A stretch of 64,000 nucleotides of DNA, from contig JAJYCN010000001.1 in NCBI GenBank assembly GCA_021778335.1, positions 891-64,890 of the forward strand. Direction: 5' to 3'. A program made the translations under genes and the position numbers. The notes under the pieces were generated by a model. It saw nothing but the letters and a program-made list of their open reading frames with translations. It did not search any database and was not told the origin of the DNA. Positions 1-8,125 of the stretch are shown here, piece after piece; position 1 is the stretch's first letter, and each line of letters begins with the position of its first letter. The stretch comes from Acidobacteriota bacterium (GTDB lineage Bacteria; Acidobacteriota; Terriglobia; Bryobacterales; Bryobacteraceae).

Positions 1-34
1 GTCTATTGCCAATTTGAAAATACGTGATGTACCC

Positions 35-54
35 TAGACTGAGCACTCAGTCTA
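35..54. promoter_or_regulatory. Perfect 9-bp inverted repeat (TAGACTGAG-CA-CTCAGTCTA) in the leader of the PEP-CTERM gene; candidate operator or hairpin
   Basis: Read directly: arms are 35-43 and 46-54 and are exact reverse complements. It lies about 55 nt upstream of the ATG at 108. Confidence 0.3.
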
Positions 55-107
55 CGCGGTCTTGGAGGACTGGGCGCGTTAAGTCTCGGAACGGAGGAGC
101 AGTTCAT

Positions 108-752
108 ATGAGGAAGTTTGCAAGGTTCCACCTGGTGGCCATTGCGACAGCGGCTATGGCGGTCGCTCCGGTTGCCTTGAGAGGGGATACCATAAACCTG
201 AATGGTGTTGTCACCATCACGCCCGACAGTACATTAGGAAGCTGCGCGTTGGGATCGACGGCATGTCAGGATTTTTCGTTTAGCAACACAACGGTCGTCC
301 TTCCGGTTAGCCCGTCCGATGCGGGGATTGTCGGTGCGACGGTGACTTTGCCGGGGTTCGGTCTGGGCTGGAACGGAACCTCGTCCACGTTTGACCCGAG
401 CACGGGGGCATTCAGCATGAGCTACGGTGCAAACTCCCTGAACGGTACGATCTCATGGGAGTCAATCTCGGGCAGCGCAGGTGCGTTCGGGATCAATGTT
501 GGGCTCTCCAACATGGTGAACGTCGGCACGGATCCGATTTTCATGAACTTTGCGAGTGGCCTTGCAGGTGGCATTCTGACATTTCAGCTTCCCGGCGGGC
601 CGCAGAATCTCAGCCAACTCTTTGCGAATACAAGCAGGCTGCAAACGAGCCTTTCGGGCACGTTGATCACTCCGGAGCCGGCGAGCATGGCTCTGATGGG
701 TGGCGGGCTGATCGGGCTGGGTCTTCTGGCGCGGAAGCGGCGGAAGAGCTAA
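108..752 (+). CDS. PEP-CTERM sorting-domain secreted protein
   Basis: From ORF 24..752, with the start moved to ATG 108, which follows GGAGGAG (94-100). It has a signal peptide (MRKFARFHLVAIATAAMAVAPVALRG) and a C-terminal PEP motif, TM helix and basic tail (TPEPASMALMGGGLIGLGLLARKRRKS). Confidence 0.8.
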   Translation: MRKFARFHLVAIATAAMAVAPVALRGDTINLNGVVTITPDSTLGSCALGSTACQDFSFSNTTVVLPVSPSDAGIVGATVTLPGFGLGWNGTSSTFDPSTGAFSMSYGANSLNGTISWESISGSAGAFGINVGLSNMVNVGTDPIFMNFASGLAGGILTFQLPGGPQNLSQLFANTSRLQTSLSGTLITPEPASMALMGGGLIGLGLLARKRRKS

Positions 753-781
753 GTCAAAGGTTTTACAAGAAAGCTGGCTAG

Positions 782-820
782 AAACGGGCAGCGCCTTCGG
801 GCTCTGCCCGTTTTGTGTTT
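782..820. terminator. Rho-independent terminator between convergent genes
   Basis: A 10-bp stem (AAACGGGCAG at 782-791 pairs with CTGCCCGTTT at 804-813) is followed by TTTTGTGTTT. Confidence 0.5.
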
Positions 821-1961
821 ATAGGCCTTGTGAGACGAGCGCCGCGAGGAGGGCGACGCGGTCCGGGATGCGGTTGACGAGGATGCTTTCGGTGGTGGCG
901 TGGGCGCCGACGCCCACGGCGCCGAGACCGTCAAGGGTGGGGATGCCGAGGGCGGCGGTGAAGTTGCCGTCGGAGCCTCCGCCGGTGGAGGATTCCTCCA
1001 GGGCGACGCCGATTTCCCGCGCGAGGTCTTTGGCGATTCCGAAGAGCCGGCGCGAGCCGGCGGTCCGCTCCATGGGCGGACGGTTAAGGCCGCCGGTGAC
1101 TTCGATGTGGCAGCGTTTGTCGACGGGGCGGAGGGCGTGGAATTTGCGGTCGAGCGGGGCGGCGTCGGCGGCGCGGGCGATGCGGATGTCCACCTCGGCT
1201 TGGGCGAGGGCGGCGACGACGTTGGTGCGTGTGCCGCCGGAAACGATGCCGGGGTTCACGGTGAGGCCACGCTTGAGGTTGGTGAAGCGCTCGATGCGGG
1301 CGATCTGGCGGGCGAGTTCGATGATGGCGCTTGCGCCGGCTTCGAAGTCGACTCCGGCGTGGGAGGCGCGGCCGTGAACGGTGACGGTGTAGCCGCCGAC
1401 ACCCTTGCGGGCGGTTTTGAGGCGGCCATCGAGGCCGGCGCCGGGTTCGAGGACGAGCACGGCGAGGCTTTGTTTCGCGGCTTCCTCGGTGAGAGGGCGC
1501 GAGGTTTCGCTGCCGACTTCTTCGTCGGAGTTGACCTGGAGGACGACGCGGCGGCGGACGGGGACATCGAGATCGACCAGCGCCTGCATGGCGAAGAGGA
1601 AGTAGGCGACGCCGGCTTTCATGTCGAGCACGCCGGGTCCCCAGAGACGTCCTTTGGCGTGGCGGAAGGGCATGGAGGCGAGGGTACCGAGCGGCCAGAC
1701 GGTGTCGGAGTGGCCGAGGGCGAGGATTTGACCTTCTTTCTTCCGGCCGGGGAGGGTGAACTCGCAGCGGAGATGGCGGCCGAAGCGGCCCCCAGAGAAG
1801 GTTTTGATTTTGGCGCGGCCTTCGAGTTTCGAGGCGAGCAGGTCCACCCAGCGGTTTACGGCGGCGGCGTTGTCAGTGGGCGATTCGCATTCTACGAGTT
1901 CGCGAATCAGCGCGACGATATCGGCTTGTTTCTGTTTCGCGTGACGAAGACAGGGACTCAT
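819..1961 (-). CDS. M20 family metallopeptidase (carboxypeptidase G2-like)
   Basis: 380 aa with M20 hallmarks: GHSDTVWP, VLDMKAG, NSDEEVGS, and the C-terminal metal ligand region GVGAHATTE. Confidence 0.8.
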   Translation of the reverse strand: MSPCLRHAKQKQADIVALIRELVECESPTDNAAAVNRWVDLLASKLEGRAKIKTFSGGRFGRHLRCEFTLPGRKKEGQILALGHSDTVWPLGTLASMPFRHAKGRLWGPGVLDMKAGVAYFLFAMQALVDLDVPVRRRVVLQVNSDEEVGSETSRPLTEEAAKQSLAVLVLEPGAGLDGRLKTARKGVGGYTVTVHGRASHAGVDFEAGASAIIELARQIARIERFTNLKRGLTVNPGIVSGGTRTNVVAALAQAEVDIRIARAADAAPLDRKFHALRPVDKRCHIEVTGGLNRPPMERTAGSRRLFGIAKDLAREIGVALEESSTGGGSDGNFTAALGIPTLDGLGAVGVGAHATTESILVNRIPDRVALLAALVSQGL

Positions 1962-1995
1962 CGACTGTTATAATAGCGATTCATTTCATCCCGAC

Positions 1996-2481
1996 ATGCC
2001 TATTTTCGACATCCAGGCGATTCGCGAGATTCTGCCGCACCGCTATCCGATGCTATTGGTCGACTCAATTGTCGAGCTCGAAGAAGACCGGATTGTGGGG
2101 ATCAAGAATGTCAGCGTGAACGAGCCGTTTTTCCCCGGGCATTTTCCGGATTTTCCGGTGATGCCGGGGGTGCTGATTGTGGAGGCGATGGCGCAGGTGG
2201 CGGGGGTGCTGGTGTTGTCGAGCATTCCGGACCGGAAGAGTAAGCTTGTGCTGCTGGCGTCGATCGAGCAGGCGAAGTTCCGGCGCCCGGTGCTGCCGGG
2301 GCACCAGTTGCGGATCGAGATGAAGGTTACGCGGCGCAAGGCAACGGTCGCGAAAATGCACGGGCAGGCGACGGTAGAGGGCCACGTGGTGGCGGAAGCA
2401 GAAGTGATGTGCAAGCTGGCGGACCGGGCGCCGGAGAACGACGACGCGCCGGTCCCCGCCGAGCCCGCGCACGGCGGTTAA
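1996..2481 (+). CDS. fabZ: 3-hydroxyacyl-ACP dehydratase FabZ
   Basis: Canonical N-terminus ILPHRYPMLLVD...NEPFFPGHFPDFPVMPGVLIVEAMAQ. Confidence 0.95.
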   Translation: MPIFDIQAIREILPHRYPMLLVDSIVELEEDRIVGIKNVSVNEPFFPGHFPDFPVMPGVLIVEAMAQVAGVLVLSSIPDRKSKLVLLASIEQAKFRRPVLPGHQLRIEMKVTRRKATVAKMHGQATVEGHVVAEAEVMCKLADRAPENDDAPVPAEPAHGG

Positions 2482-2495
2482 GTCAGAACCTCGCC

Positions 2496-3272
2496 ATGGC
2501 GATTCATCCCGCGGCGATCGTGGATGCGAAGGCGCGCATCGCGGACAGCGCCGAGATCGGTCCTTACTGCGTGATCGGGCCCGGAGTGTCGATCGGCGAG
2601 CGGACGCGTTTGATGGCGCATGTGTTCGTCGACGGGGATACCGAGATCGGCGACGACAATCTCTTTTTCCCGTATTCGACCGCCGGCGTGGCGCCGCAAG
2701 ATTTGAAGTACGCGGGCGAAGCTTCGTCGACGCGAATCGGGCATCGCAACAAGATCCGCGAGTTCGTGACGATTCACCGGGGGACGCAGGGCGGCGGGAT
2801 GGTGACGCAAATCGGCGACGACAACCTGCTGATGGCGTACGTCCACGTGGCGCACGATGTGAGGATCGGAAGCCACACGGTGCTGGCAAACGGGGTTACG
2901 TTCGCCGGGCACGTGATTGTGGAGGACTGGGCGGTGATCGGCGCATTTAGCGGCGTGCATCAGTTCTGCCGGGTGGGGCGGCACTCGATGACCGGCGGCT
3001 ATAGCGTGATCACGCAGGACATTCTGCCGTACTCGATGACGGTGAGCCCGCGGGAGTCGAAGGTTTTTGGCGCGAACAAGACGGGCCTGGAGCGGCGGGG
3101 CTTCACGGCGGAGCAGATCGACGCTTTGCAGAAGGCGTTCCGGCTGCTGACGAAATCCGGGCTAAACACGGCGCAGGCGGTAGCGAGGATCGAGGCCGAG
3201 GGACTGGTGACGGACGAGGTTGCGGAGATGCTTCGGTTCCTGCGGGAGTCCGGGCGCGGCGTGGTGAAATGA
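2496..3272 (+). CDS. lpxA: Acyl-ACP--UDP-N-acetylglucosamine O-acyltransferase LpxA
   Basis: Start set at ATG 2496 (MAIHPAAIVD). Hexapeptide repeats are present, followed by the LpxA C-terminal helical domain (GLERRGFTAEQIDALQKAFRLL). Confidence 0.93.
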   Translation: MAIHPAAIVDAKARIADSAEIGPYCVIGPGVSIGERTRLMAHVFVDGDTEIGDDNLFFPYSTAGVAPQDLKYAGEASSTRIGHRNKIREFVTIHRGTQGGGMVTQIGDDNLLMAYVHVAHDVRIGSHTVLANGVTFAGHVIVEDWAVIGAFSGVHQFCRVGRHSMTGGYSVITQDILPYSMTVSPRESKVFGANKTGLERRGFTAEQIDALQKAFRLLTKSGLNTAQAVARIEAEGLVTDEVAEMLRFLRESGRGVVK

Positions 3273-4084
3273 GCCGTTACGCGATGATCGCGGGGTGCGG
3301 GCGGTTTCCGCTGCTGGCGCTCGAGGCGGCGCGGAAGTTGGGCGACGACGTGGTGGTGGTGGCGATCAAGGAGGAAGCCGCGCCGGAGGTGGAGACGCTG
3401 GCGAGCCGGTGCTATTGGATTTCGCTGGGCGAGTTGGGGCGGCTGATCGGAATTCTCAAGAGTGAGGGCCTCGCCGAAGTCATGATGACCGGGCAGGTGA
3501 AGCACACGAGCATTTTTTCGGCGATCCGGCCGGACTGGCGGCTGGTGAAGGTGCTGGCGTCGCTGCCAGCGAGGAACACGGACGCGTTGATCGGGGGCGT
3601 GATCCGGGTGCTCGAAGACGAAGGGATCCGGATGGTGGATTCGACCGCGCTGTTGAAGCCGCTGCTCGCCCGAGCGGGGGCGCTTACGCGGCGCAAGCCG
3701 GATTCGGAGGAAGAGAAGGACATCCGCTACGGGCGGCGGATCGCGAATACGCTCGCGGGGCTGGATGTCGGCCAGAGCGTGGCGATCAGCGAGCGGGCGT
3801 GCGTGGCGGTGGAGGCGATGGAAGGGACGGACGCGATGCTGCGGCGGGCGGCGGGGCTGGTGAACGGGCGGCCGCTGCGGCTTGTGAAGGCATCGCGGCG
3901 GAGGGCGCATTTGTTGTTCGACGTTCCGGTGGCCGGACCGCAGACGATCGCGGTGATGCGCGAGACGGGGACGACGGCGCTGGCGGTGGATGCAGGGCGC
4001 ACGCTGCTGCTCGACCGCGAGGAGATGCTCGCGATGGCGAACGAGGCGGGGATCGTGGTGGCGGGTTATGAGGTCGAGGCGTGA
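3269..4084 (+). CDS. lpxI: UDP-2,3-diacylglucosamine diphosphatase LpxI (DUF1009 family)
   Basis: Overlaps the lpxA stop by 4 nt. The motif VAVEAMEGTDAMLRRA and the C-terminal LAVDAGRTLLLDRE match the LpxI family. Confidence 0.85.
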   Translation: MSRYAMIAGCGRFPLLALEAARKLGDDVVVVAIKEEAAPEVETLASRCYWISLGELGRLIGILKSEGLAEVMMTGQVKHTSIFSAIRPDWRLVKVLASLPARNTDALIGGVIRVLEDEGIRMVDSTALLKPLLARAGALTRRKPDSEEEKDIRYGRRIANTLAGLDVGQSVAISERACVAVEAMEGTDAMLRRAAGLVNGRPLRLVKASRRRAHLLFDVPVAGPQTIAVMRETGTTALAVDAGRTLLLDREEMLAMANEAGIVVAGYEVEA

Positions 4085-4152
4085 ACGGACGAGTTGGAAA
4101 CGTGACAAGATTGGAAAAGAGCGCAAAAGGATGAGCCCCCGCCGCGCTGGAA

Positions 4153-5139
4153 GTGCCCGTCTCGCTAAGGAGTAACAGTTTGCCGCAAATCGCTACCGCC
4201 GTCGTGGGCGCGGGAGCGTTCGGACGCAACCATGTTCGCGTGGTGAGCAAGTCGGAACGTGCCCGCCTGGCCGCCGTCGTGGATCCGGACCGTGAACGGG
4301 CCGCATCGGCTGCCGGGGGAATGTGTCCGGTGTATGGGTCGGTGGAGGAACTGATTGCGGCGGGCGGGATCGATTGCGCGATTGTGGCGGCGCCGACGTC
4401 GCTGCACGCAAAGCTCGGCTGCCAGTTGCTCGAGGCCGGGATCGACGTGCTGGTGGAAAAGCCGATTGCGGCGGCGCCCGGCGAGGCGCGCGAGTTGATC
4501 GCGACGGCGGAGCGTCGCGGGCGCGTCTTGCAGGTGGGGCATCTCGAGCGGTTCAACCCGGCGATCGCGGCAGTGAAGAAGATCACGCGGCAGCCGATGT
4601 TTTTCGAGATTCACCGGTTGAGCGTGTTCAGCCCGCGCAGCCTCGACGTGGACGTGGTACTGGACCTGATGATCCACGATTTGGACATTGTGCTGGATTT
4701 GACCGGCGAGTGGCCGGAAGAAGTGCGGGCGGCGGGTTTATCGATTTTATCGGGTAAGGTGGACATCGCGAACGCGAGGCTGGCGTTTCCGGGCGGCTGC
4801 ATTGCGAATCTGACGGCGAGCCGGGTGTCGACCGAGCGCGTGCGCAAGCTGCGCATGTTTCAGCCGCGGCAGTACATCACGGTGGATTATCAGAGGCAGG
4901 ATGCGGCGGTGTTCAGCGTGTCGGAGAAGCGGCAGATCGGCTTCGAGACGCTCGCGGTAGAAAGCGACGAGCCGCTTCGGCTGGAGGTAGAGGCGTTTTT
5001 CGACGCGGTGATTAGCCGGAAACCAACGGCCGTTACCGGCGAGCAAGGGCTTTGGGCGTTGGAGGCGGCGTTTGCGATCCTTGGTAAAATCGAGGAACAT
5101 TCGAGGCGCGTCGCGCGCCAGCTTGAAACATCCGCCTGA
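4153..5139 (+). CDS. Gfo/Idh/MocA family NAD(P)-dependent oxidoreductase
   Basis: Rossmann N-terminus VVGAGAFGRNH and the EKP motif (VLVEKPIA). GTG start; the exact start is uncertain. Confidence 0.8.
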   Translation: MPVSLRSNSLPQIATAVVGAGAFGRNHVRVVSKSERARLAAVVDPDRERAASAAGGMCPVYGSVEELIAAGGIDCAIVAAPTSLHAKLGCQLLEAGIDVLVEKPIAAAPGEARELIATAERRGRVLQVGHLERFNPAIAAVKKITRQPMFFEIHRLSVFSPRSLDVDVVLDLMIHDLDIVLDLTGEWPEEVRAAGLSILSGKVDIANARLAFPGGCIANLTASRVSTERVRKLRMFQPRQYITVDYQRQDAAVFSVSEKRQIGFETLAVESDEPLRLEVEAFFDAVISRKPTAVTGEQGLWALEAAFAILGKIEEHSRRVARQLETSA

Positions 5140-5165
5140 GCGCGTTCCGCAACTTTTCAACTAGT

Positions 5166-6203
5166 GTGAGCGTCGTCAATTCAAAAGAGGCCATGCCCGC
5201 GGCAGCCGAACCGGAATTAAACCTTTTACTGAACTGGGAGCAACCCGGCGAGGAGAGGTTCCTGCGCGCCGGCGCGGGATCGATCGTCGTTCATATCGTT
5301 CTCGGGTTTCTATTGCTGGTTATTCTGAAGGCCGATGCGGCGCGGAAGTTTGTCGAGACGGTGCATCGGTTCGACGACTTGAGCAAAGCGACGCCGCTGT
5401 TTGCGCCGAAGATGACGCAGACGACGCCGAACATCAATAAGCCCAGTAAAGAAATCAACCTTGAGAGCCTGTTGTCGAAGCCGCAACCGGTGACGGCGCC
5501 GCCGCGGAACCGGTTTGAGGCGCCGAAGCCGATGCCCGCTCCGGGCCAGCCGGCGCCGTCGCTGGCGGCGCCGCCGAAGATCGACACGAAGGTGACGAGT
5601 CCGGTACTGGCGCAGGGCGTTCCTAACCCCATCCTACCGCCGCCTGTCGCGCCGGCGCCGAAGCCGAAGCTTGCGTTTGAAACGCCGGGCGTATCGAACG
5701 GGAGCACGCAGCTTCCGGCGAACCTGCCACGGATCGAGCCGCCGAAGACGAGCGTGGCGGACGCGATTCAGGCCATAACGCGGAATCCGGGAGGCGGGGG
5801 CGTGGTGGTGGGAGACGCCGACGACGAACCGGGCGGCGATCCGTTGCATCCGTCGCCGCAGCATAAGGCGACGCGGAGCCAACTCGAGTTGCTGAGCGAT
5901 CCGAAGGGCGTGGATTTCCGGCCGTACCTGATTCAGGTGCTGGCGGCGGTGCGGCGGAACTGGTTTGCGGTGATCCCGGAGAGCGCCCGGCTGGGGCGGC
6001 GCGGGCGCGTGCAGATTCAGTTCGCCATCGCGCAGAACGGGAATGTACCGAAGCTGGTGATCGCGTCGCCGTCGGGGGCCGAGGCGTTGGACCGCGCGGC
6101 GGTGGCGAGCATCAGCGCGTCAAATCCGTTCCCGCCGCTTCCGCCGCAGTTTCACGGGGCGGAGATCCGGCTGCAGTTGTCGTTTACTTATGCCGGGCAC
6201 TGA
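5166..6203 (+). CDS. TonB-family energy transducer
   Basis: N-terminal TM helix, a long Pro-rich spacer (PAPKPKL and similar) and a TonB C-terminal domain (RGRVQIQFAIAQNGNV...ALDRAAVASI). Confidence 0.75.
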   Translation: MSVVNSKEAMPAAAEPELNLLLNWEQPGEERFLRAGAGSIVVHIVLGFLLLVILKADAARKFVETVHRFDDLSKATPLFAPKMTQTTPNINKPSKEINLESLLSKPQPVTAPPRNRFEAPKPMPAPGQPAPSLAAPPKIDTKVTSPVLAQGVPNPILPPPVAPAPKPKLAFETPGVSNGSTQLPANLPRIEPPKTSVADAIQAITRNPGGGGVVVGDADDEPGGDPLHPSPQHKATRSQLELLSDPKGVDFRPYLIQVLAAVRRNWFAVIPESARLGRRGRVQIQFAIAQNGNVPKLVIASPSGAEALDRAAVASISASNPFPPLPPQFHGAEIRLQLSFTYAGH

Positions 6204-6227
6204 GGGTCTTTGCGGCGAGGCCCCATT

Positions 6228-7370
6228 CTAGCCGAGGGCGGCGCCTTGACGGTGGTCCGGGCCGGATTCACGGGCGATGAGGCCGCTAAAAACCTTGTGC
6301 CAGATCGACATTCCCGCCAGCATCCCTTCGCGAGCTTTGCGCATTGCGTCATCCCACTTCGGCCCGGGTTGCCAGGCGTTTGGAAGTTTGGACGCGATCT
6401 CGCCATAGCAGTCGTGATAGGTCGAGTCATGCAATTCGATCGAACGCAGCGTATCGCAAAACTCGTCCGTCAGGATCGAACCGACGCGCTCGTTTTCCAG
6501 GTCCTTCCAGAGATTATGCTCGTTTCGCTTTTGACGAAGAAGCGGCTGTCCGAATGCGACGACGTCGCCTAAGTGCTCGATGATCCGGGTGGTAATGTAA
6601 CTCGCCCAGATGTCGTCGTAGCGGCCTACGAAGGGGCTTTGAAAGTAGGCGGGGATCAAGCCGCGCAGCATCGCCGTGTTCTGCGAATTGAAGGGCGACC
6701 ATGTCCCCGGTTGGAGTGCGAAGGTCGGGTAATCCGGTTTCATGCCGCGCACGACGATGGGCCGCTCCAACCGTGTCATTGCGTCGATGTCCGGGTCATC
6801 GAGCCAAAGGCCCGCGTTCACCGCGACGCGCCGCGTGATAGGTCCGACGCAGGTGAAGTTTTCGTGCTCTTTCCAGCGCTGGCGGCTTGGGAAGCCTCGA
6901 TGATAGAAGGGCGTCCCATTCGCCTCTTCCAGAACCGAACAGACATTGAACCAGCCGGACGATGTCTCGATGGCGGGAAGTTCGGTGGTTTGTCCAACGA
7001 TTCGGTGGAGCCGGATGAAGTCATGGTTCAGCATCCAGTTGTCGTCGTCGATCGTGACGATGACGCTGGCGCCGCCTTCCCAGGCTTTCAGCAGCCCGAC
7101 GTTGCGCCGCTGGATGCAGTTAAACGGAATATGGTTCCAAAGCGCGGGGAACCGTTCGAGGTAGGCGCGCTGGTCTTCGATGTCGAGGTACTCGCAGGGA
7201 TAGTAGCGCGCCGAGATGGATTCGCAACACGCGCGGGCTTCCGGCGGCGTTTTCTTATCCCCGATCACAATGAAGTCCACATCTTTGTGCCCGAAAAACT
7301 TGAAATTCCGGCTGTATTCCTCCAGGGCCTGGGGCACATAGATCGTCGTGGTAACGATCGTCGTCTTCAT
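6228..7370 (-). CDS. Reversibly-glycosylated-polypeptide / GT75-like protein (UDP-arabinopyranose mutase family homologue)
   Basis: Motifs parallel plant RGP/UAM: VTIDDDNW (plant TIDDDC), HRGFPSRQR (plant RGYPFSLR), NAGLWLDDPDIDAMT (plant HGLWLNIPDYDAPT), and GRYDDIWASYITTRIIEHLG (plant [20 protein letters not shown]). Confidence 0.7.
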   Translation of the reverse strand: MKTTIVTTTIYVPQALEEYSRNFKFFGHKDVDFIVIGDKKTPPEARACCESISARYYPCEYLDIEDQRAYLERFPALWNHIPFNCIQRRNVGLLKAWEGGASVIVTIDDDNWMLNHDFIRLHRIVGQTTELPAIETSSGWFNVCSVLEEANGTPFYHRGFPSRQRWKEHENFTCVGPITRRVAVNAGLWLDDPDIDAMTRLERPIVVRGMKPDYPTFALQPGTWSPFNSQNTAMLRGLIPAYFQSPFVGRYDDIWASYITTRIIEHLGDVVAFGQPLLRQKRNEHNLWKDLENERVGSILTDEFCDTLRSIELHDSTYHDCYGEIASKLPNAWQPGPKWDDAMRKAREGMLAGMSIWHKVFSGLIARESGPDHRQGAALG

Positions 7371-8125
7371 CCAATCACCTCGGGGATCTTTGGTTGCGTC
7401 GGGTCCGGCGAGGGGCTGAATCGCAACCTGAATGCAATACGGAAGTACAAGAAATTCCGCCAGAAGGGGTTGTGGGACTCGCCTTCAATTCGTGGCTTCC
7501 AATGGACCGGAATCTCGGTCGACGTGGCGCCCATGCGCAACGGCCGCAGGAGGCACTCGAGCAAGAACGGGTGGCGCAGTTCTTCCCATTTGTGGCCGCG
7601 TAGAAACTCAGTCTTCCAGATGCGATATCCGTAAGTAAGGTCGGTGAGCTTCGTTCGATACAGGAGGCCGATGCCTTTTTGGAAGAGCCAGTTGGCGACA
7701 AACTTCACGGGGTTATAGCCTTCGAAGCTGCCGCCCTGGCTCCAGCGTGTTGTGGCTACGATATCCCAACTTTCCTTGGCCTTCGCGATGATGGACTGTG
7801 CATCATGGGGAGGGGTTTCGAGATCGCTGGCCATAAGCAGGATGTGCGATCCCGTGGCCCAGGAGAACGCGTCCTGGAGGGCTCCGCCCAGGTATGGCTT
7901 CGTTTGTTGCCGCATCCATACGACGCGCGGCCAGCGCGCGGCTAGTTCTTCGCAGACCGCAATCGATTCCTTGGCGGAGAATTTGCTCACGACGCAGATG
8001 ATTTCGTGGATGTCGGGCGCGCACTCGTTCATGACGATCTCCACCGTATCCCGCAGGGAGACGGTTTCATCCATTACGGGCATAATGATCGAGACGGCGA
8101 GGTGCGTGGGGACTGCGTCACTCAT
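7367..8125 (-). CDS. GT2 family glycosyltransferase (polyprenyl-phosphate sugar synthase-like, Dpm1/ArnC type)
   Basis: 252 aa with the GT-A N-terminus VSIIMPVMDE and MASDLE (DxD-like). It has 4-nt overlaps with both neighbouring genes. Confidence 0.8.
   Translation of the reverse strand: MSDAVPTHLAVSIIMPVMDETVSLRDTVEIVMNECAPDIHEIICVVSKFSAKESIAVCEELAARWPRVVWMRQQTKPYLGGALQDAFSWATGSHILLMASDLETPPHDAQSIIAKAKESWDIVATTRWSQGGSFEGYNPVKFVANWLFQKGIGLLYRTKLTDLTYGYRIWKTEFLRGHKWEELRHPFLLECLLRPLRMGATSTEIPVHWKPRIEGESHNPFWRNFLYFRIAFRLRFSPSPDPTQPKIPEVIG

Noticed and set aside
900-1973. 357-aa plus-strand ORF; similar long ORFs at 2999..4126, 13457..14566, 15062..16108, 25845..26807, 41025..42014 and 45335..46324
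   Set aside because: All are antisense to, or out of frame with, genes that carry clear family signatures. Their Gly/Arg/Ala-dominated composition is what absence of stop codons in GC-rich DNA produces.
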